64,000 nucleotides of DNA from the human T2T-CHM13v2.0 reference genome, Homo sapiens. Each line of letters begins with the position of its first letter. Position 1 is the stretch's first letter. The stretch is from NCBI RefSeq assembly GCF_009914755.1, contig NC_060935.1, one strand, 5' to 3'. A program made the translations under genes and the position numbers. Below, piece after piece: positions 48,713-64,000 of this stretch. The notes beneath the pieces were generated by a model. The model had not been told where the DNA came from and ran no database searches. It worked only from the letters and a program-made list of their open reading frames with translations.

Positions 48713-51700
48713 CGTGCTTGCCTGTATTAAGCCCTTGATGCCTGTGTATCTGTTAAAATGAAAGACTGTGATAGTAGAATGTTCCCTTCCTATCAGTGAG
48801 GAGATCATTTGATTCAAATGTGGGAAAAATTAAAGATCATGAAAATACATTAGCCATGATTATAATGGGAGTGTGGGGAAGGGCATGGTAAATATTTAGA
48901 ATAAGCTAAACTTCTAATGAAATGAGATCTCCTCAGCTGGGGCTGGTGGACCCAGATGAGCTTCAGTGGGTCATGAACCTCCCAGAATTATATGGGGTGT
49001 GCGTTTTTGTGTGAAAGAGAGAAAGAACATTTTTTTTTTCTGGAATTAGAGTTCATAGCTTTTATCAGATTCACACAAAAAAGTGCGTTGTATTATAAAT
49101 GTAACTACCTCATATATATGGTAACCAGGTCATCCATCAGTAGCAATAGGCCTGTATTAGGAGTCCTTGACGGTGGATCTAATAAAATCTTCTGTGCTCG
49201 TAACTCACACCTACCTGGATATTCTAGAATCAGCTCTTGGAGAACTCAGAGGTAATACAGATAGTGGTTCTTATAGGGATTGGCTAGGGCAAAATTAGGA
49301 GATGCTTGTTGTACCAAAGTCTACTGGTATGTTTCCTACTAATAAATCATGCCTGATGCCCCCAAGTCAATGACTCGATAGAGGAAGTGAGTGATGAGGC
49401 AGGCAGCATAACTCTGTGAATGAGCCAACCCCAGCCCTTCCCCTGACTTAAAAAGGGGTTAATGAACACAGATGGCTGCAAACCCCCCAAGCAGCCAGCA
49501 TACTGTAAAACAATATTAACATCATTGCCTTTTGAATACCATGTCTTGTAAACCCCAGGATATGACAAGCCTCTTTAGAATCTTCTTTGATTGTGTTACT
49601 CAGACTCCCGTAGGGAAGTAGGGAGGGGTAGGGGTAGATACCAGAGGAAATGTGTAATTAGGAGTCTCTTAGAACAATAAGGGTTCTCAAACACATATGT
49701 GTGCAACTGATTTGTTGCTTTTGGTATTTCTGTTGGTGAGTAATTAACTAACCATGTTTTGGGGGCAGTCTGTGCAAGCTTGGGCAATCTGATAGTTGTG
49801 AACCATGGGGAAAGAATAGTTGCCTTTAGCTATATTTTCAGAAAAATACTAAGTGGAGATGTGAATGGAAAGGAAAGAACAGACTTTCTGGAGAGATGCC
49901 ATTATGGTAATGTCAGAACTTCCTTTCAGTCTCAGATAAATCTTTCTTGTTATCACCCTTATTTTTAGTTTTACTCAAGACAGGAGGCCCAGTTCAGTTG
50001 GAGAGTGCCGTGTACACAGATATCCCTGCCACCTCCCCGGGAGAGAGGCACAGGGGCCTCTGCGGGACTCTGGCCCCTTATTTTACGGTTGTGATTCCTC
50101 CTCACTGTGGTGCCTGTGTGTGGGGTTTCAGGGAGAGGGGCCTTTTGATTTGACTGCTGAGAGGAATAGGGGTTTTCTCCTGGGAACTCTTCTGAGAGAA
50201 TAAGCTTTTGACAAACACTCTTTGAAAGTTACTCTATGGCCAGATGCGTGCAGATCCAAAGATGGTGTCATTTGTGAAAAATGAGGCTGGCTTATGAGCT
50301 GGGTCCATTTGCACACAGCCTGCAGCCACGGAGTCCCTCAGCTTGGAGATGTGCTAGCTCCTTCTGTCCTGTGGGCTGCTGGGGCTTTGTGTCACTGGCA
50401 TCAGAAAACAGAATTTGGCAGTTCTCTAGGCTAAGGGTTTCCAAACTAAGTGTCCTCTGTATTAACAACGAGGAGCCAAAATGGGGACTTTTCTATTTGT
50501 GAAGGGGATCCAGTGAAAATAAACTGTTTTATTTTGGTGACTTTGAGTATAGGAATTGTCTTCTCTGGACCTCAGTTTATCCAACTAGAAAAATGGGAGC
50601 AGAGGTGCCTAGTTATCTTTAGGAATGTTCTGTGACTTAATGAAGCAATATTTATGTAATGATTTGGTGGTGTAAATGTCCCCAGCAGTGCATGATGTTA
50701 GTTGTATGTTTGCAAAGTACCTAGCTCCCCTGGTAAAGGTAACCTTTGTAAATGGCAAGCTATGAGTATTGTTAAAAGGACATATGGCTCCACCTTCTTT
50801 CCAAAAAAGATCACTGAGGAATATAGGGCCAGTTAAATAGCATAGAAAGAGGTTCAGAGTGTCTTGACCTGGAGCAGTTTTTAAAACCTCAGGCCAAAAC
50901 TCCACTAGGAAACTCACCAAACTAACCATTATGGTCAATTTCATTTTGAAATAAAGCACCCTAATTCATCTGTCCAGGAGTCCAGGTTCCTGTGTGGCCC
51001 AAGGTTGCATTCGGAGGTCAGAGTAAATCCTGTCGCTAAAGAGCCACTCCTTCTAGAAATAGCTTTTTTTAATGTCTGCAATTTCTCAATTCAGTTCTTT
51101 GACTCTTTAGTTCTATCCCATTTCTGGCCACAAACCTGTTTGGGGTTTGCTCCACCATAAGTCAACACATGCACATGCTTTCCCATCAGTTCCCAGAATG
51201 CAGAGGACACTGTAGGTCTGCTAAGGGGCTTCTTTCAGAACTTCTGGGGTTAACGTGGTTGGAATGTGTGCTAACAGGCTGCTCTCACAGTGGCAGTTCT
51301 AATTGGCTGAGGATGAGTCTTGAAATGTCACAGAAAGATTTATCTCTCAGCACAGATTCTCCCTCAACTAATTTTTCAGTAGGCCACCAGATAATGGGTT
51401 GTTTGGAAAACAATATGCAGTTCTCAGATGCCTTTCTGTGTTGGAATGAACTTGGTAGGCTATTTGAAGCAAAATGGCTGATGGCAAGGAAACTCTTGAC
51501 TGACTTACAGGCCATTGGACACTGGGAACACCAGGCCTTGCTTGTGAGGGATTTGGCTGAGTCAGTTTCTCAGGGTCCATCACCATTCTTGTGGGGACTC
51601 AGCACACAGGTGGGTGGGGAAACCTGCCTCAGAAGTTTGGCTTATAAAGAAATATGGGGATTGATATCTGGATCCTTTTATATCAGCAGCAAGGATTAAT

Positions 51701-51899
51701 TTTAGAGAAGATATTTCATAAAAAAATGGATTCTTCCCTACTCTCAGTTTCTCAGGAAAAATATATTTGCTTGATTTGAAGGTACCATTGACAGTTAGCT
51801 GCTTGTTGATTTAATAACAGCTTTTTTTTTTTAGGATTAAGAGAAATAGAAAAATGGGCACCATGTTCAACATACATACAGATTAGAAGATAAATTTCT

Positions 51900-52625
51900 A
51901 TTTCAGAAACATTGCAACACTGTTCGCAACAACCAAGATATGGAAACACTAAATGTCCACTGCTGGATAAATGGATAAAGAAAATGTGGAATTTACATAC
52001 AGTGGAGAAATTTGTTAAAGAATAGAAACTTACAGCTACACAGTATGGATAAGTTCTGGTGTTGTATACCACTGTAGGATGACTATAAAAATAATACAGT
52101 ATGTAGTTTCAGATAGTTAGAAGGAGGATATTGAATGTTCCTAATGCAAAGAAATGATAAATGCTTGAGATGATAGATATATGAATTACCCTAATCTGAT
52201 CACCATAAGTTGTATGTATTGAAAAATCACTATGTTCCCTATAAACATGTACAATTATTAAGTGTCAATTTTTTAAGAGTATATAAAGATGCATACAGGG
52301 AATGCTGCAATATGTGACATCATGGATGGACCTTGAGGACATTATGCTGAATGAAATAAACCAGTCAGAAAGGACAAGTACTCCATGATTCCACTGATGT
52401 GAGATATCTAAAATAAGCAAATTCATAGAATCAAAGAGTGGAATGATGGTCACCAGGGGCTGGAATGAGAGGGGAATGAGCATGGAGTTTCAGTTACGCA
52501 AGATGTGTAAGTTCTGGAAGTCTCCTGTACAACATTGTACCTCTGGTTACCGTATTATACACTGAAAATTTGGTTAAGAGGGTAGAGCTCATGGTAAGTG
52601 TTCTTGCTGCTATAAAATAAAATTT
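51900..52625 (+). mobile_element. L1MA/MB 3' region with a nested second L1MA 3' end (~52005-52275)
   Basis: CCAAGATATGGAAAC...AAATGGATAAAGAAAATGTGG; GGATATTGAATGTTCC...GAAATGATAAATG; TGGATGGACCTTGAGGACATTATGCT. Confidence 0.85.
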
Positions 52626-53473
52626 TAATCAATACATATTAAAATGTGAAAACATATTTTGTAAAACTAAGGTGCAACAATATTTTTGGTGACTCACCAT
52701 TAAAAGTCCTACATACATTTGCTCTAGAATCCTATTCCAAGATGGGATTCCAAGTTGATTTTGCATTTCTAAGGTTAGCAAACATTTTGTCTTTTATTGG
52801 TTGTTTTATACATATGTATACCTATGTAGCAAGAAAATTTCTGATGATCTCAGGTTCATACACAGCTCTTGTCATTTCCAAACAGCTCTGGATTTTTCGA
52901 GCTATTATTAGCCTGGAGAGTATAGATAATTGCAGTCTACACAGAAATCTAAAAATAAACTGTTTATTCATTTTTCTAAAGAATTCTTTTAGCACATAGC
53001 CTCTTCCCAGAAAGGTTTACAAGTGCTTAGATTAAAGGATAATTCTTTTCTCTCCCTACCATTCCACTCTAAATTTCTGAAGAAAATGTGAAACAGCCTA
53101 AAGGCAGAAAAGGAAGTACAGTAAAGGTCTTAATCTGTCTCTCAGAATTATTGAAAATTGGCTGAAAATCTAATTCTTCTTATGCAATAGGTAACCTTTT
53201 TATTGGTGGCATTTACCTGAACTAAGGTAAATGTCGACAGCATTGGTGGGTATGTAATCAATAGCATACTTTCATCATTTATTTTTTTTAAACAACAGAT
53301 ACAATAGTATTGATTACTCCATACATTTCATGCTAAATAGCTGTATTAATCTGACTTAATGAGTATGTGTTGTTGAAATAGCTGTCTTCCAACTGTAACC
53401 TGTTTTTAGCAAGAATCCTGCTTGCCAAATACTTCTTTTTTTAATCTATAGCTTCTACTTGATTCTTGTGAAC

Positions 53474-53665
53474 CAGGGGTCAGCAAACTTTTTCTGTCAA
53501 GGGACAATTAGTAAATATTGTAGACTCTGTGGACTACACTATTACTGCTGCAACAACTCAACTCAGCCATGCAATAGAATAAGCATGGCATCCCAATAAA
53601 AATTCACTTACCAGATCTGCAGGTGGTTGGGACTTGGACCATGGGCTGCATTAGCTGATCCCCAT
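53474..53665. mobile_element. MER58A-like hAT MITE
   Basis: CAGGGGTCAGCAAACTTTTTCTGT.AAGGG...AGTAAATATT...CAACTCAACTC.GCC...GCTGATCCCC. Confidence 0.8.
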
Positions 53666-54789
53666 TGTGTTCCAAGGTTGGAGAAAGAAAGCAAAATCAA
53701 CATCATGATTTGTTGAGGCCAACTATGGAGAAGGCATGGTTTAACAGTGTAGTGGACAAGCTGGGCAAGTTTCCTGCTTTTCTGGAGCTAACATTCTCTT
53801 GGAGAGTGGGGAAATTTGAAAATCAAATCTAATAAGTCAGCAAAATAATTTCAGTTGACAATAAGTTCTATGGGAAGAAAAGATGATTTGGTAAAGAACG
53901 ACTTAAGACTTAAGAGGACATAATTTGTAGGGGGTAATATGGGAGTTTGAACATGCATCCATGTTTTTGAGTCCCACACCAACATTTTTCTAAGGAATCT
54001 CTCAACCTCATTTTTTCTATTTATAAAATAATTAATATCAATACTTATTGCATAGGGCTACATTGAAGATCAGATAAGCTTTATGAAGGGTCTTCTGTAA
54101 AACAGCAAAGCCAATTACAAATTTATTATATCTTATCAATATTGGTCTTGTCATCATTTTTATTACCCATCTCTTTATTGTGTCTCATGTTTTCTTTGAA
54201 GTCTTTTTTTCCAAAACATAACAGAATCTTTAAACGGGATTGTGTGAACTGCAATTCTTTCCCTTCATATTCCCTAGAAGAGGATTTCTCTAAGTCACTG
54301 ACAAGTTGAAACTGCTTTCTTCACATTAAGCTGACTTGAGAAATCAGTGTTTAATATTCACACTTTACCTTACCCTACTAGAATATCAGTCATTGCCGCC
54401 AGCCAACCCTATGGACTTGTTGGTGACACATGCGAAGGCACAGGGTGAGCTGGTCCACACCTTCAGATGAAGAGTGTGAAAAGACTTACAATTTGGTCTT
54501 GCATATTGGAAGCCTTAGAAAGACATCTGTTGATAACAGTGATGAGTGACAAACTTAGATAATTAAACCTTCTTGTCTTCAAGTCTTTACTTGATTTAAA
54601 ATGATGACTGAAATGTCTACTACTGTGTTTCCACTTACTGGAGGAAGATCTCAATAAAAGTTTGGGCCTTGTAAGAAATTCATGCCTACAGAATGGAAAG
54701 GGCAAGAGGGAAAATACCAGCAGCTGTCTTTTGCTGAGCCCTTAGAAGCCAGGAACTGGGAAGTGTGTTGGATTCAACTTTTCTTCAAC

Positions 54790-54950
54790 CCCCACTATCT
54801 AACCCCCATCACAACCTTCAAAGGAGTAAAATTCTCCTTTTCCACAAGAGGAAGTGGAGACTCAGAGAGACTAAGTGTCTTCTCAAAGCTGTCTGACTGA
54901 TAAGGGGCAGAGGCAAAATTCAAGCCCAGACCTGCCTGATCCATAGCCAA
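54790..54950 (-). mobile_element. MIR SINE
   Basis: GAGGAAGTGGAGACTCAGAGAG...GGCAGAGGCAAAATTCAAGCCCAG. Confidence 0.7.
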
Positions 54951-55050
54951 TGGTGTGTTTACCAGACAGTGGTCTCAAAATGTTTTTGATTGCTTATAGC
55001 CAACAATAGAAGAACAAAGCATGAAAAATCAAACAAGCAACAAGAACAAA

Positions 55051-55181
55051 CTTTATTTTTTGGTAGAGAAAGGATCTCCCTTTGTTGCCCATGCTGGTCT
55101 CAAACTCCTTGCCTCAAGCAATCCTCTTGCCTCAGCCTCTGGAAGGGCTGGGATTACAGTTTTGAACTCCCACACCTATCC
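55051..55181 (-). mobile_element. FLAM/Alu monomer, probably inside an old hAT element (~54967-55404)
   Basis: GTAGAG..AGGATCTCCC.TTGTTGCCCATGCTGGTCTCAAACTCC...GGGATTACAG; flanking CAGTGGTCTCAAAATG ... CTTTGAACACCA TIR-like ends. Confidence 0.8.
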
Positions 55182-56000
55182 AACAAAAAACTTTTGAGTA
55201 TCACTCATAATATACGTATATTTATTGGCAAGTTAAATCCTTATACCATTATACTAATGTGTATTGAACAAATAATCAAACACTTGAAAAATAGAAATGT
55301 ATAAAAGGATGCACTACAAATAAATATACATGGAAAAACTCATATTTTCTTGCCCCACACGAGGGGATCATCACTTGCTTCTCAGTGTCTACTTTGAACA
55401 CCATGACACTAAACCAAATGGACACATCAGGTCTAACAATGTTTGTTCTCCCCAGTAAAGTCAGTTTAATCTCTGTTTAGCCTTGCCTACATAGGCTTAG
55501 TTTCTCAAGGATTCCAAATGAGGACTGCTTGGCCTGGTGAGGCTAGTGCAAGCTGCTGGAACTGACACACTCACGGATGTGCGGCTTCGAACCTCAGCAA
55601 ATTGGTAGCACAGGGTTAGCATATTGCCTAGAGTCGGGCTTAGTTTCCCTCGGTGTGGCTCAGGCTGCTACAGCACACTTAGCACTGGGGTACCTGGGTG
55701 AGTGCCACCGGTGACGCTAGCAGTAGGCTCTGGCCATTTCAGAAAATGAACTGCTTCTTCCAGCACACAAATATCTTGCTAATTAGCAATTAGCCGTTAA
55801 GGGAGAAGAAATGGAGGGGAACTGGGAGTCTGAAATAATCTCCTAAGAGACATGAAAGAAAGCAGCACTTAAAGTAAGCCAGATAGAAACTGGGAGCTGC
55901 TTCATTTGGGCAAGATGTCTCTAGACATTTTTCTAAACGTTTTACATTCAGCAGAGGACCCCAGTGCATTCTGCCAAGTGCTTTTCCCTTTAATTTTTAG

Positions 56001-56095
56001 ATGCATTCAAATTTCAAGGGGAATTTAATCCGTATGTTTCTGGTTCTTTTACACTTAACTCATCAAAATGTTGTTCTTTAAGAGCCGTTGGATCT
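56001..56095 (+). other. Candidate 95-nt exon of an unidentified transcript
   Basis: Acceptor CTTTTCCCTTTAATTTTTAG| and donor TCT|GTAAGG in non-repetitive sequence; upstream donor TGG|GTGAGT at 55698. Confidence 0.4.
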
Positions 56096-58731
56096 GTAAG
56101 GCTTATGAGCCTTTGTTATAAGCCTTTTCAAAACCTCTTTCCCCTTTTTGAATCAGCAAATGGAATTTTGCCAATTCTGAATGGGATTTCAATAAGGAGA
56201 AGTCCAACTTTAGGATTAAATGCAGAACCTCAAGAGCATCCGACCTGATTTTGCAGAGATGCACACTTGACCCTTGCATCCTAGGAGGACCGACAGCATC
56301 ATGGGGTCGACCCAGTGGCTGGAGCAATGCTTGGTGAGCGCGAGCCCACGGAAGACAAGCAATGTGGTTCAGGGCCTGTGCTTCTGTTACAGAACCAGCA
56401 AACCTTAGACTTAGACATTCTCTAGCCCATCCTCCCACCCAATGAGATTTGTGACACATAATAATGAAAATAATGATACTAATCAGTAGCCGACACTCAT
56501 GGAGGCCACCTATATTTCCAGCTGCTTTTCTACACTCTTTGTATGCAACATCCATCTCTCATAATCCTTATCAGAATGGTGTGAGGTAGATGTGGAGTTA
56601 GTAAAACTTAGTGGACACAAGTTTAAGATTTAGAATCAGGCAACCTGGGTTTGAATCCTAGCATCAACACCTATAAACTCTAGCGCCCGAAGAAAGTTCT
56701 TTAATGCTTGCCAAAGGGTGCTTTCATTTCCAGTTGCTCCTGTTACCATCGTTGTTAAGGATGATGTTGATGCTATCCTTGTTCCAGTGATGGAAAAAGT
56801 CCCTATCTCCTGGTGCAGCCATTTTTATTGGTAACTTGGAGTTTTCCATATTTTCTCTTTATGTGTCAAAATCTCCTGTTTTACAAAGTATGCCCATTTT
56901 TTCTAAAATAGAGTTAGGCTAACTCCTCTTTTGCATGGCAGACCTTCACATTCTTGATGACAATTGTGAACGTAACCTGGTTGCATGTTCCTGACACTAA
57001 AAGTGTACACAATGTTCTGGATGGGGTCTGTCCAGTATGAAGTAGGACCTTGCTCTCTTTTGTTTTGTATTTTATACTATTAATATGATTGCATAATCCA
57101 TTAACTTTTGGGAAGCCACATCACACCTTTTTGTTCATCTGGAGTTAATATCACCTAATATAAGTTTTCCTTTGCTTGAACTGTTCATAGGGCAGTGTTC
57201 CATCTCTTGTAATTCTGTAGTTGATTTTTTAAATTTCGAAATATGACATTTTCTCATGGGCTCTAATTTAATAAAAAACAAATATGGATTTGGTGGAGAA
57301 AAATATACATGGTACAGGGTTTTGATGTTAAGTGTGGGTATGATAAATGTGAAGAGTTTCTGCATTCCAGTTCCTATATTAAATTCATAGCCCCCAAATT
57401 TTAAACTTTCAGAGCCTCATCCTGAAGAGTCATTATGAAACTCAGGTAAGTTTTATCATGAAAGAATGCTGAAAAAAAAAATCAATGCCCCCTGGCCCTC
57501 CCATTGAGTAAGCAACTGAAAGTGAGCTTACAGCCTGTGTAGGACATCTTTTAATTTGCCAAGTGACTAAATGTGCAGTCACTGCAGCAGGCATCCACCA
57601 GCTGTGCCCACATGGCCCACTCAGCTGGGCTGCTTTTCAAAGAGCAGACAGGGCTTATCTTAGTACCAAAACTCCATGCCAAAAAGATCATCACTGGGTT
57701 TGAGCATTTGCACAAAATCCCCAGCAGCCACGGGTAGACAGCTTTGCTTGACAAAGGCAGCTTCATTCTCCAGACTAATGGGCAACTTTGGCTACTACTG
57801 GGCACCATGATAAAATGGCTGGGCATAGAGACTGTCAGCCCTACTGGTGATTCTAGCCATTTGGCCATTTACCTTTTACCTACATTTCATCTCTGTATTC
57901 CCTTGGGCTCTGGGAAGCCCTTTAAGCTTCAATGACCTGTTCTGTATGAGTGCTGGACAGTCCCTGCAGGTTCTTACTTAACCTGAGAGCTTGTTAAATG
58001 CATCTCCATGGAATATCTTCTATTGTTAATAGTTGCTGGTTTGGATTTTAATCTAAAAAAAACTGTGAAATGTGCTTGTTTCATATGATGCTTTTCTGAG
58101 AGGTTGCATGGAGATCTAATAGTTGGGTAGCTGATGGCAAGTGGGAATGAAGGTAATTGATTAAGCAGCAGCACCTGTGTTCCTGATATGTACCCAGTCC
58201 AGTGCTAGATACAGTAAAAATGTAAAAGTTTAGGGCAAGGTCCCATCCTCTACCCAGTTTTGAGGACTACATAACATAGTTGAAGGGAGAAGTTTCATGT
58301 AAAGGAAGTAAGATAAGTATATAAAAGAATAAGCACATAGATGCTAAGGGATTTGGCACAGGCTGTAAATGCTGTAGTCCCTCAAATGAGGAAGAGTTCA
58401 CTGTCACTGAGAATATCCTGGAAGGTAAGACTTCATCTGGGCCTTGGAGCTGCATAGGAATTAGACTGGTGCAGGAAATGGTGAGACTTGGAAATGAGAA
58501 TGGATAATTAGAAATTTGTCATGTGGAAATCAAACACACATGCATACCTATGTATACATATTACACTACAGAAACAATAACCCAATACTACTTCATTTTC
58601 CTTTAATTCCCTAATAACTAAACAGTACCTGATTGTGGGTTCCAGTAGTGATGTACATTGACATCTTGTAGTAAGACCTTTTTTCCTATCCTAAGAGGAT
58701 GGACAATACATCTTCAAAAGCCAGAGTGGTT

Positions 58732-59170
<439 letters not shown>

Positions 59171-59299
59171 TAAATATATATATACATATATTCACGCCAC
59201 ACACACACACATATTCATATATATATATTTATATATATATATATAGTGATTAAAATAATGCAATTGCTGGCACAGAGAATATGAAAAGCAACTATATTA

Positions 59300-59454
59300 T
59301 GAGAGGACTTCAAAAATTCATGGAAAAATGGAATTAAAAGATAAAAAAAAAAACCCTTCATTTCTCAAAAAAAGCTTCATCAAGGTTAAAACACTTTTGT
59401 AGGTGGTGATCCTAGCCATTTAGTCCATCCCTAAAGAATTGATGGTCCTGGGAA
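59300..59454 (-). mobile_element. HSMAR2 mariner 3' end, interrupted by an ERV
   Basis: TA|TGAGAGGACTTCAAAAATTCATGGAAAAATGGAATTAAAAGAT...CCATTTAGTCCATCCCTAAAGAA matches the remembered HSMAR2 terminus. Confidence 0.8.
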
Positions 59455-59923
59455 TGATGCAGAATTTTCCCCCCTTTGTTCAGCTAAATCCAGTTCTTGT
59501 TTCATGACCAGGAAAAATTAGGCACACGGACACATTGAAAGGTGAGGAGGGTGGAATTTATTAAGTGAAAGGAAAGCTCTCAACAAAAAGAGAGATCCTG
59601 CATTCAGGTTTCCCCCTCACAAATTGAATACCAAGCCACCATTCATGAGTTGAAGAGGCAAGGCTCCTCCCAGCATAAGGCATGAATTCCTGGTGGCTCC
59701 ACTCCATTCCCCCGGTATGCATGCAGGTCCTTAGTCTTCTAAAAAATCAATGCGTACTCCATATTGATTTATTTTCCTTACTGGGCATGTGTTAAGGGAC
59801 AGAATTTTCCATCATGGGCATGATTAGGCAAGCCCCCTCTGCACAATGACTTGGGCAGGTCAGAGGTTCTCTGGAGACTCCTCCCTATTTGCCTAGGCAT
59901 TTGGCTGTCTCCTCCCTCTATGA
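59455..59923 (-). mobile_element. ERV1 3' LTR (MER50-like, MER4 group)
   Basis: TGATGCAG...GTTCAGCTAAATC...GACCAGGAAAAATTAGGCACACGGACACATTGAA...CCTCCCTCTATGA, followed by antisense polypurine tract TTCCCCC. Confidence 0.75.

Positions 59924-64000
<4,077 letters not shown>

Noticed and set aside
49613-49634. G-quadruplex motif (similar tracts at 27425-27460 and 36998-37031)
   Set aside because: Such motifs are common at this scale and have no supporting context
51169-51699. 176-aa ORF
   Set aside because: No recognisable homology or exon structure
57413-57451. 33-nt exon ending CAG|GTAAGT
   Set aside because: Weak acceptor, and it appears to lie in a decayed MIR-like sequence

Overview
Primate, most likely human, non-coding genomic DNA such as a large intron or intergenic region. 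It is dominated by interspersed repeats: Alu (J/S/Y/FLAM), L1 (old L1M and younger L1PA), L2, MIR, MaLR/ERVL LTRs, MER2/MER5/MER58/HSMAR2 DNA transposons, and a MER4-group ERV that runs off the right end. I see no credible protein-coding gene, RNA gene or CRISPR array; every ORF I can interpret comes from a repeat. The most distinctive feature is a ~2.4 kb minisatellite of ~46 x 52 bp (46310-48712) that grew out of the terminus of an MLT2 LTR. Each typical unit carries a one-mismatch oestrogen-response-element palindrome and two TGACGTG (bZIP/HIF-type) motifs. Other leads are an unidentified candidate spliced exon pair at 55.6-56.1 kb, a candidate 39-nt microexon, an LTR element with mismatched MLT1/MLT2 ends, and several atypical insertion or duplication events. 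Repeat family names come from remembered consensus sequences, not a search, so subfamilies and boundaries are approximate. I cannot claim a new biological system from this sequence alone.
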